Source of the DNA: a virus | Length of the DNA: 46,221 nucleotides | Virus genome (UHGV): UHGV-0126501 | Reading direction: 5' to 3' (one strand) | Shown: piece by piece, positions 1 to 8,687 of the stretch | Numbering within the stretch: position 1 is the stretch's first letter | How the letters are laid out: every line of letters begins with the position of its first letter | Position numbers and translations under genes: made by a program | The notes under the pieces: generated by a model | What the model saw: only the letters and a program-made list of their open reading frames with translations | Told to the model about the DNA's origin: nothing | The model's database searches: none

Positions 1-10
1 TTAATTTTCT

Positions 11-43
11 CTGCAAAACCTCTGCAAAACTCTTCTGCAAAAC
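11..43. repeat. Three direct repeats of CTGCAAAAC (11-19, 22-30, 35-43) next to the int 3' end; candidate arm-type Int-binding sites of the attL P' arm
   Basis: Repeats read directly; position at the int-proximal prophage end matches the lambda P' arm layout. The core crossover site probably lies left of the window. Confidence 0.45.
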
Positions 44-49
44 TGGTCG

Positions 50-1180
50 TCAAATGACCAGTTTTTTCCACTCCTTACCACGTGCATCGTTGTAAATATC
101 GGTCATTTTTTGATTCGAATGGCCCAGCAAAATTTGGGTGTCGATCCCTTGCTCCCTGAATAAACGCTCCGACAATGATCGCTGTTCATGGAAAGAGGGT
201 GGGGTACCATTAGCGCACCAGTTGTAATCTACAGAATCCCGCGCTTTTTTAAATGCAACTGTTAACGTTGCTGGCTTAACCATCCCGCCGCGCTTGGCTG
301 TCCCTTTCGCATGATGGTGGTGCAATAGCCACGGACTAAGAACGCAATCGCGACAGGATGACACCACATCATCCAGGGTGAGATTTAATTTATTGCAACG
401 CAGAGCAAGAGGGATGGCAATCCGGGTTCCTGTTTTTTGCTGTTCGACATGAAGATAACCATCCCGGATATCCGAAAATTGCATTTTGCAAATATCTGAA
501 AGGCGCTGGCCTGTCATCAGTGCCAGCAGCATGCCGCGCTGTAAAAAGTAACCATCCTTTTCCGCTGCGTTATAAATCATCATCCACTCATCAAAAGTCA
601 GTCGCTGTCTTGATATCCGCACCTGCGGTTTTTTTGCCGATTCTGCAGGGTTAAAGCCTGGCGGAACATCGCCTGTTTGCTGAGCTTCCCGGAAAACATC
701 GATCAGTACCTTCCTGAAAATTTGTCCCATTCTGTTATGTCCTCTGGCCTTGTACTCTTCCAGCACCGATACCACATCTTTTACGGTTATGGCATCTAAC
801 GGTCTGGTGCCAAAACGTTCATCAAATACCCTGAGAGGGGCCGCTTTTTGTTTCAGCGTGTTGAGTTTGATCTCTCCGTTTTCATATCTTTCCTGTTGAA
901 TTTTTCTGTAATTATTCAGAAAAATGGAAACGGTTGATGAACCGCCGGTATCATTAATAATTTTCTCCTGCAGACTGAGCATTTGTTCCATTTGCTGCCT
1001 GGCAAGACGGCTGTTCGCTTCTGCTGCAATAGTTTCTGCCAGTTTCTGGTCAATACTGCCGAGACCGTGATTTTTGCCTGTTATGGGATGCCTGTAACGC
1101 CAGTAAACTTTGTTATTTCTTTTGTCAAAATACGGAGATAATCCCGGAACATCAGTTTTATATTTTCGCGGGCGCGCCAT
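50..1180 (-). CDS. int: Phage integrase, tyrosine recombinase
   Basis: 376-aa ORF at the prophage end, transcribed toward the att arm; C-terminal region has the R..H..R..Y catalytic-domain look of lambda-family integrases; overlaps xis. Confidence 0.85.
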   Translation of the reverse strand: MARPRKYKTDVPGLSPYFDKRNNKVYWRYRHPITGKNHGLGSIDQKLAETIAAEANSRLARQQMEQMLSLQEKIINDTGGSSTVSIFLNNYRKIQQERYENGEIKLNTLKQKAAPLRVFDERFGTRPLDAITVKDVVSVLEEYKARGHNRMGQIFRKVLIDVFREAQQTGDVPPGFNPAESAKKPQVRISRQRLTFDEWMMIYNAAEKDGYFLQRGMLLALMTGQRLSDICKMQFSDIRDGYLHVEQQKTGTRIAIPLALRCNKLNLTLDDVVSSCRDCVLSPWLLHHHHAKGTAKRGGMVKPATLTVAFKKARDSVDYNWCANGTPPSFHEQRSLSERLFREQGIDTQILLGHSNQKMTDIYNDARGKEWKKLVI

Positions 1181-1406
1181 CTTCCAGTATCCTCTTCAAG
1201 GCTGGGTGATCTGTAGCGATCACCTCCGGCTTGTTTACCATTCCGACAAAGCGAGCTCGCGGATCCACTCGCCAGTGTCTTCCAACTTTTTTGGGAAGAG
1301 GAAATATCATTCCGGCTTTAGCGTATTTACTTAACGTGCCCGGAGTAGGGACCGGATCGCTGAATTCCTCTTTTGCCCACTCAGTGAGCAGAATAAGTCT
1401 TGCCAT
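1158..1406 (-). CDS. xis: Excisionase (Xis-like)
   Basis: 82-aa ORF immediately upstream of and overlapping int; motif ...MIFPLPKKVGRHWRV... resembles the lambda Xis winged-helix region. Confidence 0.7.
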   Translation of the reverse strand: MARLILLTEWAKEEFSDPVPTPGTLSKYAKAGMIFPLPKKVGRHWRVDPRARFVGMVNKPEVIATDHPALKRILEDGAPAKI

Positions 1407-1470
1407 GAGCGTCGTTCGCTAATCATGGTCGTCGCCACTATAGCTGGTGGGCGACGACCGGGGTTGAACA

Positions 1471-3927
1471 TTAAAAATCAGCCTGACTCGGGATCAGTTT
1501 TTGCCAGATAGCTGAAACGTATTTTGCCTGGTAACGGGCGTCATCAAGTGCATTATGGCGCTCACCTTCGAATGGAATAGCCGTTCTGGCATCGAAGTCT
1601 ATGGCTTTCCCCAGCTCAACGATTGTGCGTACATCGCGATCGTTGTAGTAACGCCACGGGCAGGGGATCCCCTGCCGTTCGTATGAACGGCGCAAAATCG
1701 TGTTGTCGAAGTTGGCTCCATTTCCCCAGACCTGAACAAAAAATTCACCGGAGTTTTCGTCGATAAATTCTCGTAATTGTAACAGTGCATCATCTAACGG
1801 GATTTCATCGGTCATAATGGCAGATTGCGCTTCGCGTGATTGCTTCAGCCACCATTTAATAGTGTCCCGATCAATGACTCCGCCAGCAGTTTCCAGATCG
1901 ATAGTCTTACTAAATTCCGGTCCCATATCTCCGGTTTGCGGATCGAAAAATATTGCACCTATTGAGATAATCGGGGCATCAGGATTTTTTCCCATGGTTT
2001 CGAGGTCAATCATTAGATGGTCACACGTCCTGCTGGTGGATGTGATTTCGTGATGACCGTTCACCTTAATTGAGTGATCTGCCGCCTCGCCAGTTTTATT
2101 ATCGCTGGCGTGGTCCTGAGCGCTGCCAGCGTTCTCCTTGTGTGGATGTTCAGCGCCTTCCATTTCCTCCGGATCGTTTTCCTGAACTTCAACCTGATTC
2201 TCTTCATCGAATGTTTCCTGGTATGTTGCGTCGCACATCACCGCGCCACAATCAGGGCAGTTGCCGCCACCGCTCTGACCGCAGGCGGTGCAGACTTTTT
2301 CCGGTTCCTGTTGCGCTACTGGCTCAGGTTGTTTCGTTTCTGGCTCGTTTTGTAACTCATTTGGGCTGTTTTGTTCCGCTTTCTGGTCGTTCTGTTCCGT
2401 TTCTTGCTGGTTCTGATTCACTGAATCGCGGGTTTCAATCCCCTTCACCCATTTCGGATCATTCGGGTCGCTAATCCCTGCAACAAATTCACCGCGAGAG
2501 GCCGCAAGCAACTTATCGGCGTCAGGCTGGCTGGTATTGGCTGCCTGCATAATTTTGTTTACTTCGTCAGCGGTAACTTTTACCTGATTAACCGGATCTA
2601 TCTGTGCCTGAGTATCCAGCGATTGCGTGTCCTGGCGATGTTCAGTTGTATCCGGCTCCATTGCTTCAGTCGTTGCCTGTTCATCTGCCATTGCGTCAGA
2701 CGGTTGTGATTTTTCCTCATTATTTTTTTCTTCTTCTGTTTCGCATTCAGCAGCCAGTTCGCGGTTAACTTCTTCCAGGATATCTTTTTCCGGTGTATGT
2801 CGTGCAGCAGCGAGAGTTTCCTCGGTAGGGTTCTCGTGATCAGTCTCCGTTAAATAGGCGTTGATATACCCCTGAAGGCGTCCCGGGTAATGATAAAACT
2901 CAGGGTGTGCGCTCCGGATAAGTGCAAAAATAGCGGCGCGGGAATAATCCAGGATACCCGGGATTGCGCGAAGTGCTGCGGACCATTCTTTGAACGGACT
3001 TTCTTTCTTCCGGACGACTTCTTTTGCGCGACGATAAACGCTGCCCGGAATTTCATAAATATTAAAATCCATCGGAAGTGTGGCCGCTGCAATCTCCACA
3101 TCCAGCGTATCGAAGGTGTGTACTAAATTCGGATTGCGATCGGTTTTGTTCCCTCCACCGGCATTAGCACCGGAAGCCGTGCGGGTGATGCGTGAAACAC
3201 GATTTCCTTTCATCCACTCTTTTGTCAGCAGACCGCGATCGGTGTAGTCAGCGCCCAGGTATGCTTCGAAAAAAGCAGTCATTAGCCCCAGGCCTGAATT
3301 GCCAGGATTAGGGAAAACTTTGTCAGTATCACGCACCAGTTTGTGGAGATCGCGAATTTCCAGTGGATCGAGCAGACTGGTTTTATGCGAAATAGCGAGG
3401 GCAGTAACAGCTGGTAGTTCTTCAGCCCGTGCAATGTGTAATGCCTGGAGTTCGTCGCGTGAAACGTGCGTTACCGGTTTTTCGCTGCCGCGTTGAGCAA
3501 GCCAGCGAATGGGCAGTTCCTGACCGGAAACCGGCAGAAGCATGTTCTCCTCAATCTCAGCCATGTCTTCGCCGTTGACGTTGGTATTGTCAGTGCTGGC
3601 TGGTTTATCCTGAACAGAGGGCGAGGGCGCGATAAGTACCATTGTGATACCATCTTCCCCGCCTTTTTCGTATCGGTTGCAGAATTCGGTATCAAACACG
3701 CCTTCCGGAGGAAGGTCATTCACAACGGGTAAATGGACGCGAACAGGTTTTTTAAAATCCTCTTCGTCAAATCCGGCATCGTCCATTGCGACAACACCGC
3801 GTGATATTGCAACCGATAATTTTTTTGCTGTGCGCCAGTAAAAACCGCCTTTAATCCCAAGACGTTTTCTGACTTTGTCATTTTTGGCTTCGTAATATAG
3901 TGCAATTTCTTCTTTATCAGTGCTCAT
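1471..3927 (-). CDS. Large exonuclease with C-terminal DEDDh (DnaQ-like) 3'-5' exonuclease domain, annotated in prophages as exodeoxyribonuclease VIII-like
   Basis: 818-aa ORF; C-terminus has IDLETMG (Exo I), ...WGNGANFD... and [11 protein letters not shown] (Exo III, H-x4-D) motifs; acidic central linker with a Cys4 cluster ([20 protein letters not shown]). Confidence 0.75.
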   Translation of the reverse strand: MSTDKEEIALYYEAKNDKVRKRLGIKGGFYWRTAKKLSVAISRGVVAMDDAGFDEEDFKKPVRVHLPVVNDLPPEGVFDTEFCNRYEKGGEDGITMVLIAPSPSVQDKPASTDNTNVNGEDMAEIEENMLLPVSGQELPIRWLAQRGSEKPVTHVSRDELQALHIARAEELPAVTALAISHKTSLLDPLEIRDLHKLVRDTDKVFPNPGNSGLGLMTAFFEAYLGADYTDRGLLTKEWMKGNRVSRITRTASGANAGGGNKTDRNPNLVHTFDTLDVEIAAATLPMDFNIYEIPGSVYRRAKEVVRKKESPFKEWSAALRAIPGILDYSRAAIFALIRSAHPEFYHYPGRLQGYINAYLTETDHENPTEETLAAARHTPEKDILEEVNRELAAECETEEEKNNEEKSQPSDAMADEQATTEAMEPDTTEHRQDTQSLDTQAQIDPVNQVKVTADEVNKIMQAANTSQPDADKLLAASRGEFVAGISDPNDPKWVKGIETRDSVNQNQQETEQNDQKAEQNSPNELQNEPETKQPEPVAQQEPEKVCTACGQSGGGNCPDCGAVMCDATYQETFDEENQVEVQENDPEEMEGAEHPHKENAGSAQDHASDNKTGEAADHSIKVNGHHEITSTSRTCDHLMIDLETMGKNPDAPIISIGAIFFDPQTGDMGPEFSKTIDLETAGGVIDRDTIKWWLKQSREAQSAIMTDEIPLDDALLQLREFIDENSGEFFVQVWGNGANFDNTILRRSYERQGIPCPWRYYNDRDVRTIVELGKAIDFDARTAIPFEGERHNALDDARYQAKYVSAIWQKLIPSQADF

Positions 3928-4004
3928 TGATAAACCTCATAACCATTTTTAGGGTGAACAAGTCCCTGCCATTGCAGGCATATAAAAATGAAACCGGATA
4001 TTAA

Positions 4005-4208
4005 TTACGGTGCTATTTTAAGTCCTGCCGGGACTTCGTTATTATCCATGCGAATAACTTTATCGACCGGATAACAGTTACCGGGAATTTTCTGTTCATC
4101 TGCGGCAGCCATGCATTCTTTCATTGAACTGTATACGCCAGTAACCATGTCAACTGGTTCACCGGAAACAAGAAAAACCGTCAGAACAAGTGCAAATGTG
4201 GTATTCAT
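4005..4208 (-). CDS. Small hypothetical protein with N-terminal hydrophobic signal/TM segment
   Basis: In-frame ATG at 4208 preceded by AGGA; hydrophobic N-terminus MNTTFALVLTVFLVSG; start overlaps the stop of the upstream gene (ATGA). Confidence 0.45.
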   Translation of the reverse strand: MNTTFALVLTVFLVSGEPVDMVTGVYSSMKECMAAADEQKIPGNCYPVDKVIRMDNNEVPAGLKIAP

Positions 4209-4393
4209 TGCCAGTATCCTTTTTGCATCAGACGTAAACGGGCCAGCATTGAAACAATGCATATTTGATTTAATAACTCCCGTTCGTGTTTTCTCTTATT
4301 AATGGCATCTTCAGTAAATGCAGGGTCACTGATACTGACACCAATTTCAAAACAACCTTCAGACGTATTAACGTTTGGTAATAACGTTTCCAT
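4205..4393 (-). CDS. Small hypothetical protein
   Basis: ATG at 4393 with GAGGA 7 nt upstream; stop overlaps the next start. Confidence 0.4.
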   Translation of the reverse strand: METLLPNVNTSEGCFEIGVSISDPAFTEDAINKRKHERELLNQICIVSMLARLRLMQKGYWQ

Positions 4394-4961
4394 TATCGCG
4401 TCCTCAACAATGAATTTTGTGATGCGGTGCCTGGTGCCTCCAGGTGACGTTAACCAGTTAACAATTAACGCCGGAATACAGGGAAACCGACCCATGAAAC
4501 AAATACAGAGTACCGATCATTTTTTTTAACTGTTCCGCGTGCGCTCAGCCGCATTCACCGCATCACAAAATTCACTTTAAAAAGGGCGGACATCAGCCAG
4601 CAATGAAACTGATGCCGCCAAAGGTACAAATCAACATGGAGTGTTGTAGCGGGGTTGTCACTTAAGCGTATGGTCAACCTGACAACCCGGTGCCACTAAT
4701 GGGGTAAGGATAACCCCGCCATACTTACCGCTGCGCCATTTCGCGGATTGCCACAACCGGAAGCGCACGGTCGAATTAAATTTAACGACACCGTACAGTG
4801 AGGCGAACTTCGCCGTGCGCTTTCGCGTTATGCCCTGACTTTTCAGGGATATATCCTTTCAGTAAACTGTCAGTGCCGGATTCTTATCCGTGTCCGGCGC
4901 ACGACAACACGCTGTCACGTGTGGTCTCCATTCTCAACCAGTAACCTCAATGGAGGATAAA

Positions 4962-5171
4962 ATGCCAAACAAGCCAATACATCCGCTTATTGAAAAACAG
5001 ATTGAATGCCTGGTTAATCAACTCAGGCAATCAGGGTTATTAAAAACTCATTCAGAGCTAGGACTCACAGAATCGGCATTCGACGATAAATTAAATAATG
5101 CGCTTTATAATGGCGTCATTGATTACAATCGTGGTGCTGGTCGTCGTGGCCCTGCTGGTACAGCTTTGTAA
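4962..5171 (+). CDS. Small hypothetical protein
   Basis: ATG at 4962 preceded by GGAGGA; 69 aa; convergent with the leftward early operon. Confidence 0.4.
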   Translation: MPNKPIHPLIEKQIECLVNQLRQSGLLKTHSELGLTESAFDDKLNNALYNGVIDYNRGAGRRGPAGTAL

Positions 5172-5810
5172 TTACCAGTTAATCCATAGCGGATAGTGTT
5201 CAGCATAAATATAGCTATACACATCCAGGTTGTATTTGCGGTCTGTCCTTAGCAGGTCGCAAATACACGCCGCAGCTTCCAGGGCGGAAGCTTTGTTGCT
5301 GAATAACCATGTAGCAACATTCCAGCGATTATCTTTATCCCACTCTTTTGCGAGAGCTGACACCACGAAGGAGCCGTTGGTGTTGCCATCAAATACTTCC
5401 GTTTCCAGATTTTTAAGTAATGCCTGGTGAATTTTTGCCAGGTATTCAGTCGGAATTTCGCCACGGATTCGGATAAGGTTGTCATAAACAAACATGTTTC
5501 CCGCATATGGCGATTTTTCTTCCTTGTTTTTTAAACCAGCATCATGAGCAAACTGATCAATTTCTTCTTCCGTTGGTTTCGTGTTGATGTTTTGCGCTGT
5601 CGTTTCTGCAATGAGTTTTGCTTTATTTTCTACACAATGATTGTTTGTGAACGAATATGAATACAGTCCGGTAAAAGAATTGCGGACATGATTTGATAAA
5701 TTTCTGATGAACAGTTTATCTACTAATATCATTGGGTTCCGCGCCAGTTGCGAGCGAATCACATCAGCGGCCATTTCCTGTATTGAAATTGGTAAATCTT
5801 TAAATTCCAT
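5172..5810 (-). CDS. Hypothetical protein in the leftward early (pL-type) operon
   Basis: Long ORF; ATG at 5810 has GAGGT 5 nt upstream (the ORF-track start at 5822 has no SD). No recognisable motifs. Confidence 0.55.
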   Translation of the reverse strand: MEFKDLPISIQEMAADVIRSQLARNPMILVDKLFIRNLSNHVRNSFTGLYSYSFTNNHCVENKAKLIAETTAQNINTKPTEEEIDQFAHDAGLKNKEEKSPYAGNMFVYDNLIRIRGEIPTEYLAKIHQALLKNLETEVFDGNTNGSFVVSALAKEWDKDNRWNVATWLFSNKASALEAAACICDLLRTDRKYNLDVYSYIYAEHYPLWINW

Positions 5811-5821
5811 CGTCAACCTCA

Positions 5822-5974
5822 TCAGTCAGTGTTTCTGGCTAACCAGCGACGCGCGCCAGCTTCGGTTTTAAACGTTTTGCTTTTGGTATATGTCATCGCC
5901 GTGAACGTGCCGTTCTGGTTGGGAAACACGCCGTACACCAGAGATTCGTTGTTGCCAAGATCGATAGTATCCAT
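5822..5974 (-). CDS. Small hypothetical protein, first gene downstream of the leftward operator
   Basis: ATG at 5974 preceded by GAGGT 6 nt upstream; 50 aa. Confidence 0.4.
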   Translation of the reverse strand: MDTIDLGNNESLVYGVFPNQNGTFTAMTYTKSKTFKTEAGARRWLARNTD

Positions 5975-6144
5975 GCTGACCTCATTTCCCCTTAACGCCG
6001 GGGTGGCGGAACAAAAACCTGCTGCATAGTTAAAGTTGAACCCTGCCGTCATGTTCTTACGCCTCGGGCTGGCTACTTAACCCCTGACCACTGCCTGGTA
6101 ACTCGAAGTATTGCCCTGCGTTCTGTGGGACGGGGTGGGTTGGT

Positions 6145-6195
6145 ATTTTTAGTTTAATAAACATTAAACTTAAGTCAAGTAAAAACTAAACCGTG
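6145..6195. promoter_or_regulatory. Left operator/promoter region (OL/pL-like): inverted copy of the right operator motifs; candidate leftward promoter -35 TTGACT (6178..6173) and -10 TAAACT (6156..6151)
   Basis: TTAAGTCAAGT here is the reverse complement of ACTTGACTTAA at 7163-7173, and GTTTAATAAAC mirrors GTTTATTAAAC at 7176-7186; AAACTAAACCG recurs as ACACTAAACCG at 7204-7214. Confidence 0.5.
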
Positions 6196-6261
6196 GGCGT
6201 AACAAACACAACGCTTTTGATAAAGTCGTTGCGGTTGTTATGTTTCTATTGGTAGTGAAAG

Positions 6262-6540
6262 TTAGGGAAACTGGCGTCTTGCGTGGATCACGTTTACTAC
6301 TTCAACGCTTGATGTTGTTACGCGGTATAGAATTATATAGTTAGGGTGGGCTACAATCTCACGCAAGCCAGGTACTCTGTCGCTTGGTGGGTATAAATAC
6401 GGATGTTCGGATAACGGCAGCACACAACCCCTTAATCGCTGCCATAAGCGTTCAGCCGCATCTATGTCGAAACGAGCAATATAACTAGTTATATCATCTA
6501 GGTCGGTATCTGCGTTTTCAAGCCATAACACGGGTAACAT
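6262..6540 (-). CDS. Type II toxin, RelE/ParE superfamily
   Basis: About 92 aa from Met at 6540; C-terminal ...IVAHPNYIILYRVTTSSVEVVNVIHARRQFP matches the RelE/ParE C-terminal pattern; start overlaps the upstream antitoxin stop. Confidence 0.7.
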   Translation of the reverse strand: MLPVLWLENADTDLDDITSYIARFDIDAAERLWQRLRGCVLPLSEHPYLYPPSDRVPGLREIVAHPNYIILYRVTTSSVEVVNVIHARRQFP

Positions 6541-6541
6541 T

Positions 6542-6733
6542 TTACTGCTTGCTCCGTTCCTTGCGCATTTTAGCAAAGCGTTCTGCCATTCTGCGCTCAA
6601 CTTCGTCATGGGGAATTGCTGGGCGCGGATCTGCAAGGCTCGTTGCTACTTTCGCACGCAGCCATTCGTTGTAACTGTTTTCTTGTTCAATGGTTTCAAA
6701 TTCAGAAACCATTGGTGAAAGGGCTCTATTCAT
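6542..6733 (-). CDS. Cognate antitoxin (ParD/RelB-like small protein)
   Basis: 63-aa ORF with strong SD (GGAGG) before the ATG at 6733; immediately upstream of and overlapping the toxin. Confidence 0.6.
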   Translation of the reverse strand: MNRALSPMVSEFETIEQENSYNEWLRAKVATSLADPRPAIPHDEVERRMAERFAKMRKERSKQ

Positions 6734-6753
6734 GTTTCCTCCGGTTTTATAAC

Positions 6754-7125
6754 TCAGGCGCGGCGGCATTTTTGCGCCGCAATCCATCTCGCTATGAGAT
6801 CTTCCATTGATTCTTTTTTCTGCTTTAACTCGCTGATTATCTGGCGTTGCTCATCCTCAGGGAAGGCTGAAAAAATCTGCAATAATTCCAGTTGATTAGA
6901 CGTTAACCCTGCATGTGGTGGAGAAACTTCCGGTTGTTCTGCGTATTCCGCATCCAGATACCCTTCCGGCATCCCGTATGTTTGCTCTATTCTTCTGGCA
7001 GCCTTTTCTCCAAACGAGGCTCTCCCACTCATTAGTTGAGATAGGTAGCTCTTCTCTTTGGGTGGCAGAGTTTTATCTTTAAACCACTCCTTGAGACGTA
7101 AACGGCGAATTTCTTTTTTTTGCAT
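6754..7125 (-). CDS. CI-like prophage repressor (HTH, no S24 peptidase domain; RacR-like)
   Basis: Divergent from the cro-like gene across an operator-rich spacer; HTH-like N-terminal segment (LSQLMSGRASFGEKAARRIEQTYGMPEGYL); ATG at 7125 sits just after a candidate -10, suggesting a leaderless mRNA. Confidence 0.65.
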   Translation of the reverse strand: MQKKEIRRLRLKEWFKDKTLPPKEKSYLSQLMSGRASFGEKAARRIEQTYGMPEGYLDAEYAEQPEVSPPHAGLTSNQLELLQIFSAFPEDEQRQIISELKQKKESMEDLIARWIAAQKCRRA

Positions 7126-7222
7126 GTGGTAATTATCTTTAGTAATCACTAAACAAGCAAATACTTGACTTAATGGTTTATTAAACACTAAACTCGCAAA
7201 AAAACACTAAACCGAGGAAGGT
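7126..7222. promoter_or_regulatory. Right operator/promoter region (OR): candidate pR -35 TTGACT (7165-7170) and -10 TAAACT (7189-7194); candidate leftward pRM-like -35 TTGCTT (7160..7155) and -10 GATAAT (7137..7132)
   Basis: Repeated CACTAAAC motifs; canonical hexamers with 17-18 bp spacers on both strands; mirrored copy at 6150-6195. Confidence 0.5.
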
Positions 7223-7525
7223 ATGACATTAAAAGAGTTTATTAAATCATTGAGGGTTGGTGATGCTAAGAAATTCGCGGCCAGACTTGGCGTATCGCCA
7301 TCTTACTTATCGCAAATGGCGTCTGGACGAGCAGCTATATCTCCAACCCGCGCCCTTATGATCGAATCTGCGACGGAAGGCCAAGTAAGTAGGGCGGAGC
7401 TACGACCCCATGATTGGGAACTTATTTGGCCTGAGTATGCGAGCGGCATTCGTTTGGGGCAAACACATGTAGTTCATGCTGAAGGTGATTGTAGTGCATG
7501 CTTATCTGATGGAGTTGATTCATGA
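7223..7525 (+). CDS. Cro/CI-family HTH regulator (Cro-like, YdaS-type)
   Basis: 100-aa ORF divergent from the repressor; SD GAGGAAGG; HTH segment AKKFAARLGVSPSYLSQMASGRAAIS. Confidence 0.75.
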   Translation: MTLKEFIKSLRVGDAKKFAARLGVSPSYLSQMASGRAAISPTRALMIESATEGQVSRAELRPHDWELIWPEYASGIRLGQTHVVHAEGDCSACLSDGVDS

Positions 7526-7947
7526 AAATCAAGCATGAACACATCCGCATGGCGATGAATGCCTGGGCGCATCCGGACGGCGAGAAAGTACCGGCTGCGA
7601 AAATTACCAAAGCGTATTTCGAACTGGGTATGACGTTCCCGGAATTGTACGACGACAGCCATCCGGAAGCCCTGGGCCGTAACACCCAGAAAATTTTCCG
7701 CTGGGTGGAGAAAGACACTCCTGATGCGGTTAAAAAAATTCAGGCGTTGTTACCAGCGATCGAAAAAGCGATGCCGCCTCCGCTGGTGGCCCGAATGCGC
7801 AGCCACAGTTCCGCTTATTTTCGGGAGTTGGTAGAGACGAAGGAACGGCTGGTGAAAGATATTGATGATTTCGTTGCATCAGCGATCGTTCTGTTCGATC
7901 AGATGAATCGTGGTGGCCCGGCAGGAAACACTCTGGCTGTGCATTAA
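7522..7947 (+). CDS. YdaT-like / CII-like regulatory protein
   Basis: 141-aa ORF overlapping the cro-like stop (ATGA); position equivalent to cII / Rac ydaT. Confidence 0.55.
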   Translation: MKIKHEHIRMAMNAWAHPDGEKVPAAKITKAYFELGMTFPELYDDSHPEALGRNTQKIFRWVEKDTPDAVKKIQALLPAIEKAMPPPLVARMRSHSSAYFRELVETKERLVKDIDDFVASAIVLFDQMNRGGPAGNTLAVH

Positions 7948-7960
7948 TTGGGTAATAAAT

Positions 7961-8470
7961 ATGAGTAATGACAAAAAATTGACACTGAGCGTTTACGAAA
8001 ACAGTCCGCACATCTGGCGTGGCGGTTTATCTGATGTGGAGCTGGCAGAGTGGTTGATACATAAAGCTAATGCGCTGCTCTGGCGTTTGTCAGCCAGAGA
8101 ACAGCGCAAGGAAACCAGAATAAAGCTGGCTGATGCAGAAGCGTGTGCCGGGCTTATTGAGGATTATACAAATCTTGGTATTTCTTCAGCAGAGAGTGAT
8201 CCCATTCAGCCTCTGAGCAGGGAGTCAATCCAGCACGCTGGTTGTATGGCACATCTTGTAACTGCTCGTCAACATGAGGTGGGTATTGGATCACTTCCGG
8301 TGGGATATTCGCTGATTCCAGAGCTGGTTGAAGCAAGAAAATCAGTTCAGAAAAAGAGAGATGACGCACTTCAATTATTGAGAGAGCACTATGGCGCGAT
8401 ACCAGAATGCGAACAGCGTCGATACCCTGAAGGTTATGAATGGATGCAGTCTCTTTTTGAAGTTCGCTAA
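7961..8470 (+). CDS. Hypothetical early protein
   Basis: ATG at 7961 just after the previous stop; same strand as the early right operon. Confidence 0.45.
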   Translation: MSNDKKLTLSVYENSPHIWRGGLSDVELAEWLIHKANALLWRLSAREQRKETRIKLADAEACAGLIEDYTNLGISSAESDPIQPLSRESIQHAGCMAHLVTARQHEVGIGSLPVGYSLIPELVEARKSVQKKRDDALQLLREHYGAIPECEQRRYPEGYEWMQSLFEVR

Positions 8471-8687
8471 TCAATATGTCGAGACGAAGGTATGTTTCGG
8501 CGCGCAGCCAGGCTCTGTAATCCGGGAGCATTTCGGGGCTGTTACACCAGCGGTTTGTTGCTGCAACATTTAATACATGAGCCTGATAAAGGCTTTTCAA
8601 AAAATACATGTCGAACCTCCTCTGGTTCTGTTGATTGGGAACCACAGATTATATCCGGAGGAAGGTTCGGCACCAGATGAGGTAGCC

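Noticed and set aside
7188-7188. Upstream GTG start for the repressor (144-aa version)
   Set aside because: Would place the start codon inside the predicted -10 element of the rightward promoter; the ATG at 7125 with a leaderless-type promoter fits better.
8154-8645. 163-aa minus-strand ORF
   Set aside because: Overlaps the plus-strand gene 7961-8470, which is in operon register with its neighbours; this would be the sole antisense gene in the early right operon. Not fully excluded.
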